Assembly: GCA_964234715.1 (NCBI GenBank)
Contig: OZ174275.1
Length of the DNA stretch: 64,000 bases
Origin: Podarcis melisellensis
Taxonomy: Eukaryota
Direction: 5' to 3' (one strand)
This document shows positions 63,954 through 64,000 of the stretch, piece by piece (within the stretch, counting starts at the first letter, position 1; the number at the start of each line of letters is the position of its first letter). A model generated the notes under the pieces. That model ran no database searches and was not told where the DNA came from. It saw only the letters and a program-made list of their open reading frames with translations. Position numbers and translations under genes: made by a program.

Positions 63954-63995
63954 ATGGGCGCCGTCAGAGGGCAGGAGCACCAGCCTCCTCAGGAG
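63954..63995 (+). CDS. CCDC93: CCDC93 first coding exon: MGAVRGQEHQPPQE
   Basis: ATG in GGCATGG context, 14 codons, then donor GAG|GTAAG at the window end. Resembles the human CCDC93 N-terminus as I recall it (MGLPRGPEGQGLPE); CCDC93 is the head-to-head neighbour of INSIG2 in mammals. Confidence 0.8.
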
Positions 63996-64000
63996 GTAAG

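Overview
Vertebrate genomic DNA, not prokaryotic. The SINE/LINE/MITE repertoire (Sauria SINE, Squam-type SINEs, CR1, L2, Penelope) points to a squamate, probably a lacertid lizard (inference). The window holds the complete INSIG2 gene on the minus strand: five coding exons at 12169-18625 giving 226 aa, a probable non-coding first exon in a CpG island at ~27.7-28.2 kb, and a minor-spliceosome (U12) intron. At the far right is the promoter and first coding exon of CCDC93 on the plus strand, head-to-head with INSIG2. The rest is intronic/intergenic DNA rich in transposon fragments, microsatellites, several repeat-free motif-dense candidate enhancers and two assembly gaps. The most striking non-genic signal is three insertions of one Penelope-like retroelement (15.2, 23.9, 38.2 kb). 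Each is a fold-back structure flanked by a 12-13 bp target-site duplication and carries minimal hammerhead ribozyme motifs, and in two of them the inversion/truncation breakpoints fall on the ribozyme. Also notable is a two-uORF leader on the predicted INSIG2 mRNA. Almost all ORFs in the supplied track are spurious or transposon fragments. Repeat family names come from pattern recognition, not a database search, and repeat boundaries are approximate unless TIRs/TSDs are quoted.
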